Below are positions 59,152-64,000 of a DNA stretch of 64,000 nt, in pieces. Both the position numbers and the translations under genes were made by a program. Positions within the stretch are counted from its first letter, which is position 1. Every line of letters starts with the position of its first letter. The notes beneath the pieces are model-generated. The model saw only the letters and a program-made list of their open reading frames with translations, did no database searches and was not told the DNA's origin. The DNA is from Guillardia theta CCMP2712 (taxonomy: Eukaryota > Protista > Cryptophyta), in contig NW_005434573.1 of assembly GCF_000315625.1 (NCBI RefSeq), positions 62,001 to 126,000 on the forward strand, given 5' to 3'.

Positions 59152-59726
59152 GCACCTTGGCCACGTACGCACTCCACTGGCGGTAGAGCATCCTAGAGCC
59201 GTCGAAGGGCAGGACTGCATGCCAAGTGAGCAGGAGAGTTCTACCTGGCGCGCAGGTCGACCTAGGAGGCAGAGGGAGGGCATGATCAGAGCCATGGAGC
59301 CAACGAGCGCCGACCAAACGAGAGTGAGGATCAGGACGAGACCGTGCATGGTAACCTGCGGAGGGTGAGTTCACCTGGGGAGGAGGAGAAGGAGAAGGCG
59401 GAGCTAGGCCGGGGAGGAGAGTATAGAGAAGGAGAGGACGGAGGAGAAGGAGGTGGAGAAGGAGGAGAGGAAGGAGGAGAGGAAGGAATAGAAGTAGAGG
59501 ACGACGACGAGGAGGAGGAGGAGAAGAAGAAGAGAGCAGGGACAGAGGAGGGGGGAAGGGGAGAAGGGGGAGAAGTAAAGGAGGAAACGAAGGCTTTGGA
59601 GGAGGAGTAGAGGAAGGGAGAAGAAGGAGCAGAGGAGGAGGAAAACGAGAGGAGGAGCAGGAGCAGGAGCAGGAGCAGCATGAAGAGGGAGAGGGGGGTG
59701 GGGGGGGGGTTGTACACCTTGGTCAT
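54784..59726 (-). CDS. Lysophospholipid acyltransferase (LCLAT1/LPAT4-5-like, PlsC family), multi-exon
   Basis: N-terminal TM, motif I NHRTRIDW, KIVLKDSLKSIPGFGWAMQ, LFPE-GT, HVLHPKVIGW, VYDVTIAY, FARKEKRLHQFY, C-terminal TM segments. Confidence 0.85.
56815..57010. repeat. Intronic (CTC)n-TGTTG compound minisatellite
   Basis: Direct inspection. Confidence 0.9.
58842..59155. repeat. Intronic compound (CAT)n/(CAG)n microsatellite
   Basis: Direct inspection. Confidence 0.95.
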
Positions 59727-60563
59727 TGTAGTGCTACTACAGTGTGTGCGCCACCGCCATCGAGTTGCAGCAGCAACAATGGAGAGGAAGGTGCCTGCCA
59801 GCTCCTCTCACTGTACTCCCTCCTCCCTCTTCTTGCTTCCCATCCCTTCCCTTCCCTCCCCTCCCCTTCCCTCCCACTCCCTCTTCTTCATCTCTTCATG
59901 CTCTGTTTCCCCTCGCTATCTCTCCGATCTGTCTCTACCCTCCCCTGTCATACTTTCTCGCTTGCTCCTTCCCCCCTCCCTCCTTCACTTCCTCACTAGC
60001 TCCCTCCCTCACTAGCTTTCTATGCTCTTCTCCCTTCTCCCAACAGCTACCCTGCCTGGCTCTGCCTCCTCCTCGCTGCCCTGCTCGTTCCTCTCCTCCC
60101 CCCCGCCCCCCCCGCTCGCCCTGCCTCCCCTGTTCCCTTCCTGACCAGAACCAGGACCAGAACACCCAGGGCCAGACCCAGGGCGAAAATCTGGGCGAAA
60201 ATATCCCGACGGGATGGGGAAGGGGGCAGGGAGAGGAAGAAAGGAGGGGGAGAGGGAGGGGGGGGGGGGGGTATGGGGGGGTGTGGGGGCAAGGACAAGA
60301 CTGATCAGAAGTGGGGAGATAGATGAGGCGATGGCGAGGGGGAGTGAAGGACCGGAGGGATGACAGAGGGAGAGTCCAAAACTAGCGGGCGATCACTGGG
60401 AAGGACGTGAACGGGAAGCAAGGGCAGAGCAGAGGCAGGGGCAGGGGCAGGGGCAGGGGCAGGGGCAGGGGCAGGGGCAGGGGCAGACGGGGAGCAAGGT
60501 TGTGCTGCTGACAAGGTTCGATAGCTGCAGGAGTTGAGGAAGGGCGGGAAACAAGCTGCTGCC

Positions 60564-62436
60564 ATGCCTGCCCTCGTGGCCATGAGGAGCTGCTGGAAGC
60601 GTTGGAGTCTCAAGCATGCTGGAACCAGCGCCCTCCGACTCTCACGAGCGTTCTCCTCGTCTCCTCCCCCTTCCCCCCCTCCCCTTCCTCTCTCCTATTC
60701 GCAAGAAGTTCTCGCAGCCATGGCAGACAACAAGCCCATCGTGGCGCTGGAGTCCACCATCATCTCGCACGGCATGCCCTACCCCAGCAACTACAACATG
60801 GCGCTGGAGGTGGAGGAAGTGATCAGGGCTGGAGGAGCAGTGCCGGCAACCATCGCGATCCTCCATGGCCAGATTCACGTCGGCACTTCGCGTGAGGCCC
60901 TGCACCTGCTCGCCGAGCGAGGTCAGCGAGTGCGCAAGACGGCAAGCAGGGACCTCCCGCTTCTCCTCTCCAGCCAGCAGGACGGGGCGACTACCGTCTC
61001 CTCCACCATGAAGATCGCGAGCATGGCAGGCATACGGGTCTTCGTGACGGGGGGGATAGGAGGGGTGCATAGGGGAGCTGAAACCACCGGCGACGTCTCT
61101 GCCGATCTCACAGAACTGGCTTCCTCCCCCGTCGCCGTCGTCTGCGCAGGCGCCAAGTCCATCCTTGACATCCCCCGCACCCTCGAGTTCCTCGAGACGT
61201 TCTCTGTCCCTGTCATGAGCTACCAATCCGATTCCTTTCCTGCATTCTTCACCAGGAGTAGCGGGTGCCCCTCGCAGGTACCGCCTCCTCCTGCTGCTCC
61301 TTACCTCTTCGTCTTCTTTCTCCAGCTCCAGCTCCAGCTCCAGCTCCAGCTTCTCTTCCTCCTCCTCCTCCTCCTCCTCCTCCTCTTTTCCTTCTCCTCG
61401 TCTGTCCCTGCTTTCCCCTTCTTTCCCCCTCTCACTGGTTACAGATTCGAGTGGACACTCCGGAGCATGTAGCTCAAATCATCTCCAACATGTCCAGACT
61501 GGGGATGAAGGGAGGAGCAGGTCATAGACTGTAGCAAATCTCCTCCTTCCACCCCCAGTTCTCAAGCCCCTCTTTCCTTTCGTCCTCTCTCCGCCTCTTC
61601 CCTCCTCCCCTTCGCCTTTTGTTCCGATTGTACGACTTCATCTTGCTTCCCTTACCTTTTCCTCTGGTTCTCCTCTGACTTTTGTCTCCCCGCAGTCCTC
61701 GGTGTTCCGATCCCAGAGGAATCTGCTGCTGAGGGAGAGCAGGTGGAGAAAGCCATCCACAAGGCGCTGATGGAGGCGCAGGAGCAGCGGGTAAGCAGAA
61801 GAGGAAGTGGGTCAGGAGAGGGAGAGGTAGGAGTGGAGAGTCAGAGGAGGAGACGAGAGGAAAGGAGTGGAATCCTGGACAGCGCAGTGCAGGTCAAGTT
61901 GGTAGGCAGAGCGGTGGAGACGTCGAGGTGTCAGTGGGGGAGGAGGGGAGGCTAACAAGCGGCGCAGGTGGAAGGGAACAGGGTAACGCCGTTCCTCCTC
62001 AAGAGGATCAACGAGCTAACGCAGGGAGAGTCGCTGCGAGCAAACGTGGCGCTTGTGAAGAACAACGCGAAGATAGGGGCGAGCGTTGCCGTCGCTCTCA
62101 TGAACATGGGAGCGTACTCGTACCCTCCACTTCCTCCCTCTGTGGTCCGAGGAAGGGGAGGGAACGATAGTGGGGAGTTACAGTGGAAGGGAGTGGGAGG
62201 AGGAGAACGGGGAGGAGGAGGAGCTGGGATGAGTAAGGTTGCAGCAGAGGACAGCGATGTAGTGATAGTGGGAGGATGTGTAGAAGATGTTTCAGGGAAA
62301 CCAAAGGACCGTTTGATTCCTGGTTGCTCTGTTTTTCTTTCCATTCCCTGCTCTGAAATTTCCTTCTCGAAAGGGTCTTCCAACCCGGGCAAAGTGCAAA
62401 GAAGCGTTGGAGGGGTCGGGCACAACATAGCAGGTA

Positions 62437-62468
<32 letters not shown>

Positions 62469-63755
62469 GAGGAGGAGGAGGAGGAGGGGAAAAACAGGAG
62501 GGGGAGATGAAACTTCTTCTCTTGTAGAGGCGCTATTCCTCCTGAACCAGAAGCTGACTCTCTTCTCTGCAATCGGAGACGACGAGGCTGGGTAAGCTGC
62601 TACACTCGTGCTCTCCCCCCTCTTTCCTTGTATCTCCGCTCACGCTTGACGCAGGAAGCAGTTCCTGAGGAGGTGGGAGGATCGGGGAGGCATCGAGACC
62701 TTCAACCCGCATGTGGTGCAGGGGGGCACTACCGCCCACTACCTAGCAGTGGCGAACGAGGAGGGTAAGACTCCTTCCTTGAACCCTCCGAGCTCACGGC
62801 CATGGGAAGGTGACTTGGTGGCTGCGATCGCGGACATGGACGTTTTCAGCAGCATCTCCACAGGCTACGTCCTTGAGGCGGCGGCAGATAAGATCCGACG
62901 GGCTCGGCTGCTCGTCCTGGATGGGAATGTCCCGCCTGAGACATTTCGGACGCTGCTTGAGGTTGAAGGAGGCCAGCGCGCCTGGCTCGCTGACAGGGAG
63001 GGCAGGTAGCGCGAGAGGGGGGCGTTCCAGTGTTCTTTGAGCCGACTTCAGCTCCTAAGGTAGATGGCGGCAGCGGAGGAGGAGGGTAATGTTGCTGGCA
63101 GGCGAGGCTGGTGGCTCAAAGTAGCCTCCTCGGGAATATAGACTTCATATCCCCCAACGAACTGGAGCTTCGCGCCATGGTAGAGTGTCTCCTTCCTTCC
63201 AACAGGTCTGAGACTTGAGCCGCTCCCCCTTGCTTCCCCCTGAGGTCCTCCTTCCCTGCTCCTGTGACCAGGCCCGTCCAAGACCTCCAGCTCTCCCAGC
63301 TCTTCTCTGTCGTCTTGGACTCAGGCGTGAGAAACGTGCTCATGACAGCAGGGAAGGATGGAGTGTTCTATGGGAGGAAGGACGATACCACAGGCAGCTC
63401 TTAGTGAGTTCTCCTGCTCGCCATGACGAGCCTCCAGGCGATGTCTCAATCGTTCAGTTTCCTCCTCCTCAGGCAGAGAATCTGAGCATTGTCAACACGT
63501 CAGGAGCAGGAGACACGTTCGCAGCTGGCTTCATCCGCGGCATAGTCAAGGTCGTCCCCCTCCCTGCTCCTCTTGCACTCAACACCCTCCAGGGTCTGCC
63601 TATCGACCGGTCGATCGAGCTGGGGCAGGTGAGAAGATCCTGCGGCAGGGGTGTCAAGTCTGACTGCTGAGGAGCAGAGAGCTGCCATGCTCACGCTGCA
63701 GTGCGACGATACCGTCTCCAGCAGGATAGCAGAGTTAGCGCTCTCGGGGGCCTAA
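60564..63755 (+). CDS. Bifunctional pseudouridine-5'-phosphate glycosidase (PsuG/IndA) - PfkB pseudouridine kinase (PsuK) fusion
   Basis: PsuG motifs: PIVALESTIISHGMPYP, GATTVSSTM, VFVTGGIGGVHRG, DVSADLTELA, VCAGAKSILD, VTPFLL...NVALVKNNA. PfkB motifs: GGVGHNIA, LVLDGNV, IVNTSGAGDTFAAGF. Stop at 63755. Confidence 0.9.
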
Positions 63756-63764
63756 AATAACCGT

Positions 63765-64000
63765 TGAACTTCGGAACGCCTTCCAGAGTCGAAGCCGGCT
63801 GAGGCCGGGCTTTCAAGTTTGTGAGAGTCACCCCCTTTACTTGTCAACCTTCGGGAACTTTCTCAGTGTCACCGTCAAGCGGCGTCACTGACTGCGGCTC
63901 CGCCGGCCGGGTGCGGCGCGGCCCGGTGCGGCCGCCCGCCGGGCGGGCGCCGGCGCCGGGGCTCCGATCATCACTGGCACCGTGACAACGGTCAGACCGC
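63765..64000. other. GC-rich CCGG island starting immediately after the PsuG-PsuK stop; runs off the window
   Basis: Contains TGAACTTCGGA, CCGATCAT, GTCAC and long CCGG/GCGG runs. Confidence 0.5.

Noticed and set aside
1-64000. tRNA, rRNA or other structured RNA genes
   Set aside because: None recognisable by eye; tRNAscan-SE and Infernal would be needed to exclude them.

Overview
Eukaryotic nuclear DNA from a draft assembly (four 100-N gaps). It is gene-dense and intron-rich, with many ~45-60 nt GT-AG introns and others swollen by microsatellites. Bipartite signal+transit presequences with a Phe motif and the overall style suggest an alga with a red secondary plastid, most likely a cryptophyte such as Guillardia/Hanusia (inference). 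Genes in order: a partial WD40-like gene; a CDKN3-type protein phosphatase; a plastid-targeted protein with an SH3-like end; a myosin; a plastid-targeted DUF3754 protein; a disordered hypothetical protein; a five-copy tandem array (3 apparently intact, 2 broken) of an unrecognised family; an AsmA-like protein; a DsbA/FrnE-like protein; a complete DEG/ENaC/ASIC-family channel; a GRIP-domain golgin; a FAS1 protein; a lysophospholipid acyltransferase; and a pseudouridine glycosidase-kinase fusion. The most notable items are four. (1) The tandem family's constant domain follows an RFX/D5-primase winged-helix pattern and carries three different acidic tails. (2) The non-animal DEG/ENaC channel has inserted disulfide-rich modules. 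(3) An exon of the golgin is duplicated in inverted orientation in a nearby intron. (4) Non-coding sequence shows recurring patterns: TACCC-rich tracts, skew flips and GC islands. All gene models were spliced by eye; ends and some internal exons are approximate.
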